Under the pieces are notes generated by a model. The model was given only the letters and a program-made list of their open reading frames with translations. It made no database searches and was not told where the DNA came from. Shown here one piece after another: positions 17,346 to 24,955 of a stretch of DNA of 29,817 nucleotides (positions within the stretch are counted from its first letter, which is position 1; each line of letters opens with the position of its first letter). Source of the DNA: a virus (Duplodnaviria; Caudoviricetes); the IMG/VR virus record IMGVR_UViG_3300048896_000156, positions 1 to 29,817 of that record; one strand, 5' to 3'. Both the position numbers and the translations under genes were made by a program.

Positions 17346-17375
17346 CTCCCGCCAGGGCTGCGGGAGTTACTAACT
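17346..17375 (+). terminator. Hairpin, possible terminator between convergent operons
   Basis: CTCCCGC-N7-GCGGGAG followed by TTACTAACT (weak U-tract). Confidence 0.4.
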
Positions 17376-17536
17376 CTGGAAGATGGTTACTAACTGCTAC
17401 CCTAAGTGTATGATGACAAAGGGCAATTTTCTCCGGCGCCCATCCGCCCCGGAAGGGAAGTGTGGAACAATTTCAATAGGTTAGTAACCAACCACGCCCT
17501 TGTACGCACATGAAAAACCGCAGCGTTTGACTAACT
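17366..17536. other. attP region with integrase arm-type sites
   Basis: GTTACTAACT at 17366-17375 and 17386-17395, inverted GTTAGTAACCA at 17480-17490, degenerate TTGACTAACT at 17527-17536. AT-rich and abuts the integrase stop. Confidence 0.7.
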
Positions 17537-18631
17537 CCCATTGATCGCTTCCAGCCGTCGGGACAACCCCGGCATTGCCGCCAAAGCGGCCTTCTCTCGC
17601 GCATAATCCTCGGCGTAGTAGTAGACGAGTTCCAGGCTCTGCCCGGTAATGGCGGCGATGCCTGCCGGCTGCATTCCCTCTTCGAGCATGATGCGTACCG
17701 CCGCCCGCCGTAGACCATGAGGTACACACTCTTCCGGCAAGCCAGCCGCGATGCGCCATTCGCGAAAGGCGTCGGTTAGCTTATGCCGCGTGAACGGACT
17801 GCCTCTGACTTTCCGGAGGAATGGAGGATGCAGCATCGTAGCGGTCGGTTCCGGCCGCGGGATAAGATCGAGCGTTTGCTTTAGTGCTGCGCTCACCGGA
17901 ATGAATGCCGGCTTCTCCGTCTTTTCCTGCTTCGCGATATAAAGTGTCGCGCCATCATTACGGTATGAATGCCAGCCTAGTTGCACGATATCGCTGCCAC
18001 GCTGGCCGGTGTGGATGTAGAGGTCGAAGGCGGTGCGCTCGATCGTGCCGAGCGGATAGAAATTCCACCATTGTCTGATCTGATCGTCGGTCCACGTATG
18101 ATGCGCCTCGCTGTCTTCTGCGGGTTTTTCGAGGGCGGTAGCCGGGTTGCCCGAGCATAAAGCTCTTGACGGATGGCTGGCCCAATCGAAGAAGCCGCGC
18201 AAGGCGGTGATCCGCTGGCGCGCAACGTTCGGCAAGATGCCGGACAGCCCGTCGTTCAGCTTCTTGGTGGTGTGCTCAGCGAGCGGCATTAACCCGTAAG
18301 CTTCGCCGAACTTCGCCAAGTATCGCAGCCGCTCGGTCCGCGTCGTGGGTGCCAGGGCATAAAATCGGTCGGATTTCAGATACTGCCTGACCGCCTCGCC
18401 GGTACTGCCGTCGATGGCTGCCCTGGTCTTGCGCTGCGCCGCTGATCGTACCGGCCCAGCCGGCCCCTGAATCCCAGCTAGCAAGGCACCGTAGGCTTGC
18501 AGAAACTCGGGCGATTTGAATTTGCCGGGCAATGGAATTGCCCGCGCCTGACCGGGGCCGCGGAAGTAGTGGCGCAGCTTGCCAAGCCGATCGACGTAGG
18601 TGTTGACGAACGCCAGTTTGTATTTGCTCAT
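17531..18631 (-). CDS. int: Tyrosine integrase
   Basis: TGQR, QEKT, PHGLRR, AITGQ...YYY catalytic motifs. N-terminal 'DRLGKLRHYFR...LPG...SPEF.QAY' is typical of alphaproteobacterial phage integrases. Confidence 0.95.
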   Translation of the reverse strand: MSKYKLAFVNTYVDRLGKLRHYFRGPGQARAIPLPGKFKSPEFLQAYGALLAGIQGPAGPVRSAAQRKTRAAIDGSTGEAVRQYLKSDRFYALAPTTRTERLRYLAKFGEAYGLMPLAEHTTKKLNDGLSGILPNVARQRITALRGFFDWASHPSRALCSGNPATALEKPAEDSEAHHTWTDDQIRQWWNFYPLGTIERTAFDLYIHTGQRGSDIVQLGWHSYRNDGATLYIAKQEKTEKPAFIPVSAALKQTLDLIPRPEPTATMLHPPFLRKVRGSPFTRHKLTDAFREWRIAAGLPEECVPHGLRRAAVRIMLEEGMQPAGIAAITGQSLELVYYYAEDYAREKAALAAMPGLSRRLEAINGS

Positions 18632-18819
18632 TGCGCGGGTTCCTGTGGCTGCTTGTCGCGCAGCAGCACGTCGATAAAGGCCTCGGCGTAACGCGGCACC
18701 GGCACCGCGCCGCCGATCCAGCGGTTGACCGTGTTCGGCGAGACACCGAGGCGGGCGGCAAACGCCCGCTGCCGCATCCCGAGCGTCACCAGCGCGTCGC
18801 GCAGCGCGTCGCCGGTCAT
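18628..18819 (-). CDS. XRE-family HTH protein (63 aa)
   Basis: 'MTGDALRDALVTLGMRQRAFAARLGVSPNTVNRW..G..PVP'; ATGA-coupled on both sides. Confidence 0.85.
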   Translation of the reverse strand: MTGDALRDALVTLGMRQRAFAARLGVSPNTVNRWIGGAVPVPRYAEAFIDVLLRDKQPQEPAQ

Positions 18820-18947
18820 GCCGCCCTCGCCGCCGCGACGCCGACCGCGGTGTCGCACTCGAAGGGGATCGGGCAGGTGATCGTGAAATTGGCGGCGAGC
18901 ATGAACACCGCCGCGAAGATGGCGAGCCGCCACCGGGTCGTTTTCAT
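18816..18947 (-). CDS. Small membrane/secreted peptide (43 aa)
   Basis: MKTTRWRLAIFAAVFMLAANFTITCPIPFECDTAVGVAAARAA*; RBS AAAGGA; TGA overlaps the HTH ATG. Confidence 0.6.
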   Translation of the reverse strand: MKTTRWRLAIFAAVFMLAANFTITCPIPFECDTAVGVAAARAA

Positions 18948-18990
18948 TTCGGATATTCCTTTGAATGTGCGGGGGAAAAGGGAGCGGCCC

Positions 18991-19194
18991 TTAAGCCGCC
19001 AATCCCTTGAGCCTGATCAGGGCAACCAATTGCGCGCAACGCAGCGTGCGCAGGTATTCGTTGGACAAGCCTTTGGCGCGCAACGCATCGCCAAACCGCT
19101 TCAGCAGGTAGAACTCCTTTTTTGTGCCATCCTTCAGCGCCAGCAATTCCGCATCGCTCATCGCGCCGTAAACCTCGCGGGTATTGGGAAACAT
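18991..19194 (-). CDS. Hypothetical protein (67 aa)
   Basis: RBS GGAG; first gene after the 19245-19273 promoter. Confidence 0.6.
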   Translation of the reverse strand: MFPNTREVYGAMSDAELLALKDGTKKEFYLLKRFGDALRAKGLSNEYLRTLRCAQLVALIRLKGLAA

Positions 19195-19244
19195 CTCATT
19201 CTCTCCGTAGACCGGGCGGAATTGCCCGCGTCTTGATAGGAGGG

Positions 19245-19298
19245 AATATATCTACAGGGTGTAGAGATTGCAAGAGGAAAAATACACACCGTGTCGAT
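19245..19298 (-). promoter_or_regulatory. Sigma70 promoter with palindromic operator
   Basis: TTGCAA (19273-19268), N17, TATATT (19250-19245). The spacer contains TCTACA-GGG-TGTAGA (19251-19265). A related degenerate site lies at about 19282-19298. Confidence 0.75.
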
Positions 19299-19311
19299 TT
19301 TCTTCCGGCGC

Positions 19312-19530
19312 TCACACCTTGCGCATCTTCTCGGCGGCGGCACGGGCGAACTCGTCCCACTCGCCCGCGGCGGGTTCCGGCGGCAATGCCGGCGATAGCG
19401 TTGTCTCGATCAGGATGTCGCCGGTCACCTGATTGACGCGGATGCGCGCGACCTCGGCACCGCCCTGCCGCACGCCGCGCACCGCAGCGGCGATGTTCTT
19501 CTGCAACGGCAATGGCGGCGAGCGCGCCAT
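19312..19530 (-). CDS. Putative excisionase / recombination directionality factor
   Basis: 'MARSP..LQKNIAAAVRGVRQGGAEVARIRV..TGDILI...EWDE' resembles the small proteins normally adjacent to this integrase type. Confidence 0.6.
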   Translation of the reverse strand: MARSPPLPLQKNIAAAVRGVRQGGAEVARIRVNQVTGDILIETTLSPALPPEPAAGEWDEFARAAAEKMRKV

Positions 19531-19721
19531 CAGGGGCTCTCGTTCTGCTCTGCCCGCGTATCGGCGACCAGCCGAATCCGCCGCGGCACGACGTGCTGGG
19601 CGTGGCACGCGTCGCAGCAGCGGCCGGGCGCGACCGGCTCGGCGACGTGGCCGAAGCCGTAATAGGTGCGCCCACAGATCGAGCAGCGGCGGGTGAGGCT
19701 CTTGCGCCGGATCGTGGTCAT
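19530..19721 (-). CDS. Small Cys-rich (zinc-binding) phage protein
   Basis: CSICG...AEPV..GRCCDAC...VVP.R. Confidence 0.7.
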   Translation of the reverse strand: MTTIRRKSLTRRCSICGRTYYGFGHVAEPVAPGRCCDACHAQHVVPRRIRLVADTRAEQNESP

Positions 19722-19948
19722 ATGTCGATCTCCCGTGTCGGCCGCCCGACCAGCCGCTCAAGATCGATCAGCGCGTCGGTGAATTTCACGCTGCTGTGGC
19801 CGTAATAGTGGCCGGCCCAGACGACGCGCCGCGCCGCGGTGTGCAACTCGCGGGTGACCTTCAGCCTGCCGTCGAGCTCGCCGCGCTCGATCAGGAAATC
19901 GACGCAGGCGTCGGCGATCGCCGAGACGAGTTTGCTTTCGGCCGACAT
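19718..19948 (-). CDS. Hypothetical protein (76 aa)
   Basis: ATG 19948 just after the RecT stop; ATGA-coupled to the next gene. Confidence 0.6.
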   Translation of the reverse strand: MSAESKLVSAIADACVDFLIERGELDGRLKVTRELHTAARRVVWAGHYYGHSSVKFTDALIDLERLVGRPTREIDI

Positions 19949-19952
19949 GGGC

Positions 19953-20876
19953 TCACGCGTCCGGCTGCTCTGGCCGCGGCTCCTCCTCGTCGAGCAGGCC
20001 GGGGCCGGGCGGGCGTCCACGACGACGAGGAGTTGCGTGGGGACCGTCGCGTGGTTCGGGGGGTGCCCGCCCGGGTTCGCTGATTTCGTTGCGCGCCATC
20101 TCGGTGTCGGCCGCGCTGGCTAGCGCCTGATAGTGCGCCAGGTGCGGGCGCAGCCGGTCGCGGCGCTCGGTGGCGATGGCCTGCCACCAATCACGGAAGG
20201 CGACGGTGCCCTGGCTGGCGGCCAGCTCGGCAATGCGCTCGTCGGGCGTAGCCGCCGGCGGCTCGATCTGCTCGGCGGCGAAAGCGTCGAGGTCAGCGCT
20301 GAGCGGCTCCGGGCTCGGCGGCGGCGTCACGTCGACCATGCCGCTCTCGGGTATGTCGCGGGCCTCCTCAACGGTAATGACGCCGCGCAGCAGATCCGGG
20401 AAGGCGTCGCGCAGCGCGAAACCGCGGGCGCGCCATTGAAGCATCCGGCGTGGATACTGCGTCCACGGTCCCTGCTTTCCCCACAGGCTCGCCTTCTTGG
20501 CATCGGCGACTGAGAATATCTGGATCTTCGGCGCGGCGCCGCGGCGTCTCGCCTCGCAGACAGCACGCAGGTTGTCATCCTCGCCATCAAGCCGCTCGAT
20601 CACGTCTTCGCACAGCGGCGAGGCCAGCACGATCGCCAGCAAGGCGTCGCCGTACACGGCCCACTTGCCGTTGATATTCGATATCGATTGCAGGCTCTGT
20701 AGCGGCGACAGGCCAAGCTCGGCGCCGAACTGCATGGCGAACATGATGTTTTCCGGCTTGCCGCGATAATCCTGCGGCACCATCGTGCTCTTCGCCATCA
20801 TCACGGCGAAGCGTTCGGCCTCGGCGAAGGTCGTCGGCGACAGCGGCGTGTTGCGGGTGGTGACGGCGTTGCTCAT
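19953..20876 (-). CDS. recT: RecT-family single-strand annealing protein
   Basis: ATG 20876; 'MVPQDYRGKPENI..AMQFGAELGLSPLQSLQSI..INGK', 'GPWTQYPRRMLQWRARGFALRDAFPD'. Confidence 0.88.
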   Translation of the reverse strand: MSNAVTTRNTPLSPTTFAEAERFAVMMAKSTMVPQDYRGKPENIMFAMQFGAELGLSPLQSLQSISNINGKWAVYGDALLAIVLASPLCEDVIERLDGEDDNLRAVCEARRRGAAPKIQIFSVADAKKASLWGKQGPWTQYPRRMLQWRARGFALRDAFPDLLRGVITVEEARDIPESGMVDVTPPPSPEPLSADLDAFAAEQIEPPAATPDERIAELAASQGTVAFRDWWQAIATERRDRLRPHLAHYQALASAADTEMARNEISEPGRAPPEPRDGPHATPRRRGRPPGPGLLDEEEPRPEQPDA

Positions 20877-21754
20877 ATCGACTCCTCTTCTTTGGCCGAG
20901 ACCCGCAGCGTGCGGATCGTCGCCGCCGGCATTACCCGCTCGGCCCGCTGGTGGCTGCGGTACGTCACCGCCCAGCCCGGCAAATAGCCGTAGGTCGCCG
21001 AACCCATTGCCGCCTTCAGGTGCGCGTCGATTTCGGCGCAGCGCTTCTCCGCGTCGCTGATAACGGACTTCAACGCCTGCCGGTCCGGGAGCGCGCTGTG
21101 GAGGTAGTTGTCGCTGGATAGGTCGATGGTGCTGCCGTCGTCGAGAAGCCCCTCCAGCGGCTCCGCAGGCGCTGCCGGGGCTATCCTGCCGGCGTCCCAT
21201 TCCTCCCACCACGCGGCGGCGGCGGCGAGCAGCTTCGCCTCGGCTTCCGGGTGCCGCGGCACCTCGAATTCGTAGAGCGGCAGCGAGCGGCTGGTGACCA
21301 TGACGGCGAGGCGGCCGTGCTCGACGCCGGTGCACATCATCTCGGTGAGCGTCTGAAGCTGATAGGCCAGCGAAGGCCGCCCCTGCCACACCTCCGGCGC
21401 CACCGTCTTACACTGGATCAGGCCGCCGTTGCCGGCGCTGTCGGCGAACCATGCATCCGGCGTCGCGCCGATGCGGTGCTCGGGCAGCGTGTGAAACGTC
21501 GTCGCCTTCTTGATCGTCCAATCCGGGTGCTCTTCGCGCATCGCTTCGAGGATCGCCGGCTCCAGGATCCGGCCGCGCTTCATCGCCGCATTGTCGCCCT
21601 CGTTGTGGTGCCCGGTCATGGTGCCGGCCAACTGCTCGCGCGTCAGGAACGGGTGGGCGTCGAACAACGCCGCGATGCGGCTGGCGGTGAGCAGCCCGCG
21701 GCGCCGGTCGAGCCACTCGCCGCGCGACGTGATCTGCCAGGTTTCACGCTTCAT
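20873..21754 (-). CDS. YqaJ/lambda-exonuclease family protein
   Basis: 'EWLDRRR..LTAS', 'MKRGRILEP', 'IGATPD', 'IQCKT'; paired with RecT. Confidence 0.9.
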   Translation of the reverse strand: MKRETWQITSRGEWLDRRRGLLTASRIAALFDAHPFLTREQLAGTMTGHHNEGDNAAMKRGRILEPAILEAMREEHPDWTIKKATTFHTLPEHRIGATPDAWFADSAGNGGLIQCKTVAPEVWQGRPSLAYQLQTLTEMMCTGVEHGRLAVMVTSRSLPLYEFEVPRHPEAEAKLLAAAAAWWEEWDAGRIAPAAPAEPLEGLLDDGSTIDLSSDNYLHSALPDRQALKSVISDAEKRCAEIDAHLKAAMGSATYGYLPGWAVTYRSHQRAERVMPAATIRTLRVSAKEEESI

Positions 21755-21821
21755 CGCCGGCGGTCCTTGGCTCTTTCTTCAAAACAGGGCTCATCCAAGT
21801 TTCGGTGATCATCGGCGCGCC

Positions 21822-22019
21822 CTACTGATCGTCGCGCTTCCCGGGTCGGGCGTAGAACTCGTCGGCCTCGGGCGGGTCGCTCCAGCGCTGCATGCCGGCG
21901 ACGTAATCGAGATCGAGCCGCACGAATATCTCGTCCGGCCCGGCCGTCGTCTTGATCTCGCGGCCGGCGACGAGCGCGCGGAAATCGTTGCGGTCTATGA
22001 CGATGCGCCAGGCGGCCAT
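21822..22019 (-). CDS. Hypothetical early protein (65 aa), first gene of the PL operon
   Basis: RBS GGGGAG before ATG 22019. The longer ORF-track start runs through the operator. Confidence 0.6.
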   Translation of the reverse strand: MAAWRIVIDRNDFRALVAGREIKTTAGPDEIFVRLDLDYVAGMQRWSDPPEADEFYARPGKRDDQ

Positions 22020-22046
22020 GCTGCCGTGCTCCCCGATAGCGGAGCC

Positions 22047-22076
22047 AGAATAGCGATAAAATTTTATCGCCGACAA
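22047..22076 (-). promoter_or_regulatory. PL-like promoter with operator OL
   Basis: TTGTCG-[GCGATAAAATTTTATCGC, 22053-22070, perfect palindrome]-TATTCT. Confidence 0.8.
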
Positions 22077-22118
22077 CGCCATTTTGATAGGATTCGGCTT
22101 TTTTGCCGCAGGGCGCGC

Positions 22119-22147
22119 TTGCGTTAAATTTTACCGTCGCCTAGCCT
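22119..22147 (+). promoter_or_regulatory. Promoter for the 82-aa gene, overlapped by a degenerate operator
   Basis: TTGCGT-N17-TAGCCT; GCGTTAAATTTTACCGT at 22121-22137. Confidence 0.5.
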
Positions 22148-22190
22148 TGCGCGCGCCTGACAAATCCACGAAAAGCCGAACGCGGGAGGT

Positions 22191-22439
22191 GTGTGGATGC
22201 CGGAGGCCATCAACCAGCTATGGCTAAGTTTGATGTGCCGCGCGGAAGACGCGCCGGTTCAGCCGGGCGTCAGTTCCGGTCCTTGGCTAGCAATTACCGA
22301 TGACCGAAAATACTGGCTGATCGAGTGGACCGGCGCCGAGTTCGCTACTCTTCAGGGCGCAAGATGTCGGCCTCTCGCTCTATGGCTTCTGCCGCCACTT
22401 CCTGGCCTGCTGCCGCAAATTCTTTCCGCACTAGCTTGA
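22191..22439 (+). CDS. Hypothetical Trp-rich protein convergent with the repressor
   Basis: Strong RBS GGGAGGT and an upstream promoter; 95-nt 3' overlap with the repressor. Confidence 0.5.
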   Translation: MWMPEAINQLWLSLMCRAEDAPVQPGVSSGPWLAITDDRKYWLIEWTGAEFATLQGARCRPLALWLLPPLPGLLPQILSALA

Positions 22440-22776
22440 GCGCCTTGGCAATCGCCCGCGGGATGATGTCGGCGGCGTTGCCCTCAAGATCGCCCGGCGG
22501 ATAGGCGCTGAGATGGAAATAGAGCGACACGGCGAGCGTGACGACCTTCGCCAGTTCCTCGTCGGATCGGCGCAGGCCCATCAGCTCGGCAGGATCCATT
22601 TTAAGCGTCGCGGCGAGTTTGAAAATGTGGGCGATGTTGCGACCCTGCGCCGGCGGCTTGCGGAAATAGTGTTCCGCTAGGCCGGCATCCCGGCCCGCGT
22701 CTGCCAGCGTTTTCCCAAGTTCCGAGGCGCGCGCCTGCGCACGCTTGCGAAACTCGTCATCAGACCATTGCATCAT
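22345..22776 (-). CDS. CI-like HTH repressor without an S24 peptidase domain
   Basis: HTH 'RASELGKTLADAGRDAGLAEHYFRK...IFKLAATLKMDPAELMG'; divergent from the Cro-like gene; flanked by identical operators. Confidence 0.78.
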   Translation of the reverse strand: MMQWSDDEFRKRAQARASELGKTLADAGRDAGLAEHYFRKPPAQGRNIAHIFKLAATLKMDPAELMGLRRSDEELAKVVTLAVSLYFHLSAYPPGDLEGNAADIIPRAIAKALKLVRKEFAAAGQEVAAEAIEREADILRPEE

Positions 22777-22861
22777 TGTCCCCGGCCGAAGAAAATTTTC
22801 TAGCACCGCTAAGGATTTCAATCCAGTAAAATTCAGTGTTAACCCGGGGCGTCGTTTGGTC

Positions 22862-22891
22862 TTGAAGGCGATAAAATTTTATCGCTATCCT
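22862..22891 (+). promoter_or_regulatory. PR-like promoter with operator OR
   Basis: TTGAAG-[GCGATAAAATTTTATCGC, 22868-22885]-TATCCT. Degenerate sites at about 22787-22804 and 22823-22840. Confidence 0.8.
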
Positions 22892-22898
22892 ACCGGCC

Positions 22899-23183
22899 AT
22901 GACCGCCTACGACCTCCTGCTGCTGGCCCGCATCTATCTCGCCGCCACCGGCGTCTCGCGCACGCAGCTCGGGCAGATCAGTTGCGGCAACCGGATGATC
23001 TACTTCCGCCTTGAGCGGGGCTTGGGCTGCCACAGCGCCAGCCTCGAAAAGGCGCACGCCTGGTTCGCCGCGCATTGGGACAACACCGGCATTCCGTGGC
23101 CGGCGGAGATCCCGAAGCCGCGGCCGCACCGCGGGCTGCGCGACGGCATGGCAATGACCGACGTAGCGGGTGACGTTCGGTGA
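22899..23183 (+). CDS. Cro-like regulator
   Basis: 'LARIYLAATGVSRTQLGQISCGNRMIYFRLERG...WF..HW...WP.EIP.P'; divergent from the repressor. Confidence 0.75.
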   Translation: MTAYDLLLLARIYLAATGVSRTQLGQISCGNRMIYFRLERGLGCHSASLEKAHAWFAAHWDNTGIPWPAEIPKPRPHRGLRDGMAMTDVAGDVR

Positions 23184-24025
23184 CGGAACTGCCGGACCCG
23201 CTGGTTCCGGCTGACTGCGACCTGCGCAGCCTGCAATGGATGCCGTATTACGGCGCCGCGCTCGCCGGCAGCGACTTTAACGCCGCCGTGTCGGATGCCG
23301 GATATCGCGCCGCCCACAACCTGTGGTGGGCGTGCTGGCATCAGGTGCCAGCCGCAAGTCTGCCCGATGACGACATCGCGCTCGCCCGTTTCGCCGACCT
23401 CGGCCGGGACATCAGACGCTGGCGTAAATTGAAAAATGAGGCTCTCCACGCCTTCACTCTCTGCAAAGACGGTCGGCTCTATCACCGTTTCCTGGCAAAG
23501 CTGGCTCTCGACACGTTCCGGCGTCGGCTAAACGACCGTAATCGAAAGACTAAGTGGCTTTCTCGACGCGTTCTGACGCCAGCCGAGAACGCGGAATTAG
23601 ACCTTCAGAACGCGTCGCATCCGGCGTCGCATCCGGCGTCTAGCGGCGCAGAAATCGCCCGTACCGCGCGCGCGACAGAGGATAGAAGAGTATATCTTAC
23701 TTCCTTAGAAGGAATAACTAACCCCGCGCGCGCGCGCGCGAGGGGCAACGGCAAGTTAGATTTAGAAATTGAAGGTGATCCTTTTGGTCGCTGCGCTCCC
23801 CTGCGCGGCGATGCCGCGCCTTTGCGCGGCAAGGCCCTCGCCAAGCACCGCAAGGATCAGCTCGTCCAGAAGGTGATGCGCTTCGCCATCGCGACGATGA
23901 ACGATCGCGACCGCATGGCGGCCATCGAAGGGCTCACCGGCCTCGACAACGAACACTCCGCGCAATGGTGGCTCGACACGCTCGACCTCAAAATGCGCGC
24001 GGCCAGATGGGACGACACGGAATGA
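23180..24025 (+). CDS. Replication initiator, DUF1376/YdaU-like
   Basis: 'LPDPLVPADCDLR...MP', 'LW...WHQVPAASLPDDD..LA', 'DGRLYH'; internal repeats. Confidence 0.8.
   Translation: MTELPDPLVPADCDLRSLQWMPYYGAALAGSDFNAAVSDAGYRAAHNLWWACWHQVPAASLPDDDIALARFADLGRDIRRWRKLKNEALHAFTLCKDGRLYHRFLAKLALDTFRRRLNDRNRKTKWLSRRVLTPAENAELDLQNASHPASHPASSGAEIARTARATEDRRVYLTSLEGITNPARARARGNGKLDLEIEGDPFGRCAPLRGDAAPLRGKALAKHRKDQLVQKVMRFAIATMNDRDRMAAIEGLTGLDNEHSAQWWLDTLDLKMRAARWDDTE
23612..23740. repeat. Putative replication origin: 12-bp tandem repeats and an AT-rich tract between (CG)n runs
   Basis: GCGTCGCATCCG x2.4 (23612-23640); (CG)5 at 23665-23674; AT-rich 23675-23722; (CG)8 at 23725-23740. Confidence 0.55.
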
Positions 24026-24612
24026 CGCTAAACGATCCCCGACCTTGCGAGCGGCGATGCACGGTATGCAACGAGTGGAAACATCACTCTCGTTTCCATG
24101 TGAAACGCCGTAGTGGCAACAGTACTAATGCCACGATTTGGTTTAGTCCGACCTGCCGTGACTGCGAACAGAAGCTGCGCAATGAAAAGAAGAACGCGGA
24201 CAGGCCGAAGGCGATCATTGAGCAGCGCGCTAGGACTGCTGCATCAAAGGTTGGAAAGAGCTTCAACTTCTTTTGGATCGAAATGAATTACCGATCTCTC
24301 GTGCCGGTCCTGCGCGCGATGATGTCGGAAGAGGGAAGCTGTCAGGCGTGCGGCCATGCGTTCGTAAATGAGCGTGATATTCAAATTGAGCACTGCGAAG
24401 CACCACGAGTTGCAGATGACTGGGCTAGATTACACGCGCGCAATCTACGATTGACGTGCGGCTCATGCAATCGGACCAAAGGCAATAAGCCTTTTTCCCA
24501 ATGGCTCGATGAGCAGGAAGGAGCCCGCCGCAGCCATTTAACGGAAAACAAGCAGCAGCCCGAACTACAAATGCGCCAAACGTCTATGTTTGATTTTGGC
24601 TTTGGGCGCTGA
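24022..24612 (+). CDS. HNH endonuclease with N-terminal zinc finger
   Basis: CTVC..CRDC; CQACG...IEH...NLRLTCGSCNRTKG; visibly lower GC than its flanks. Confidence 0.85.
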   Translation: MTLNDPRPCERRCTVCNEWKHHSRFHVKRRSGNSTNATIWFSPTCRDCEQKLRNEKKNADRPKAIIEQRARTAASKVGKSFNFFWIEMNYRSLVPVLRAMMSEEGSCQACGHAFVNERDIQIEHCEAPRVADDWARLHARNLRLTCGSCNRTKGNKPFSQWLDEQEGARRSHLTENKQQPELQMRQTSMFDFGFGR

Positions 24613-24722
24613 TGCCGCACATCTCGCGCCGCGAGTGGCTGCCGCTGGTGATCCTGATCGCGCTGGCGCTGCTCGGCCTGCTGCTCGTCCCGATCATCTT
24701 CCCGGCGCCGGTGACACAATGA
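24612..24722 (+). CDS. Single-TM peptide (36 aa)
   Basis: MPHISRREWLPLVILIALALLGLLLVPIIFPAPVTQ*; coupled at both ends. Confidence 0.6.
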   Translation: MPHISRREWLPLVILIALALLGLLLVPIIFPAPVTQ

Positions 24723-24955
24723 CACCCGCGCACGAATATGAGCAGTGGTGGTTCGACGCCGAGTTCGGTATGCGCGTGATGAACTGTTTGAGAGCAGCCA
24801 ACATCAGAACGCGGGATCAATTGTCCCGGATGACAGATGCCGAGTTGTTGCGCCTAGAGAATTTCGGGCGACACTCTTTGGCCGAAGTGCGCGCCGTGTT
24901 TCCCGACCCGACGATTTGCCCGACCTGTCACGGCAGCGGGCGGGTGCGGCGATGA
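24719..24955 (+). CDS. Stand-alone RNA polymerase alpha-CTD homologue
   Basis: 'RVMNCLRAANI...MTDAELLRLENFGRHSLAEV' aligns to RpoA 'RSANCLKAE.I...TEVELLKTPN(L/F)G(K/R)KSL.EI'. C-terminal CPTCHGSG. Confidence 0.85.
   Translation: MTPAHEYEQWWFDAEFGMRVMNCLRAANIRTRDQLSRMTDAELLRLENFGRHSLAEVRAVFPDPTICPTCHGSGRVRR

Noticed and set aside
17431-17442. CTCCGGCGCCCA as a tRNA 3' end att core
   Set aside because: No T-arm GTTCRA motif or cloverleaf on either strand; no tRNA called.
18970-19000. Possible terminator after the 67-aa gene on the minus strand
   Set aside because: The stem is short and imperfect and the U-tract is separated from it; not supportable.
21744-21824. In-frame continuation after the TAG of the 65-aa early gene (possible amber readthrough)
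   Set aside because: Short, with no motif; TAG acts as a normal stop in several other genes here and no suppressor tRNA is present.
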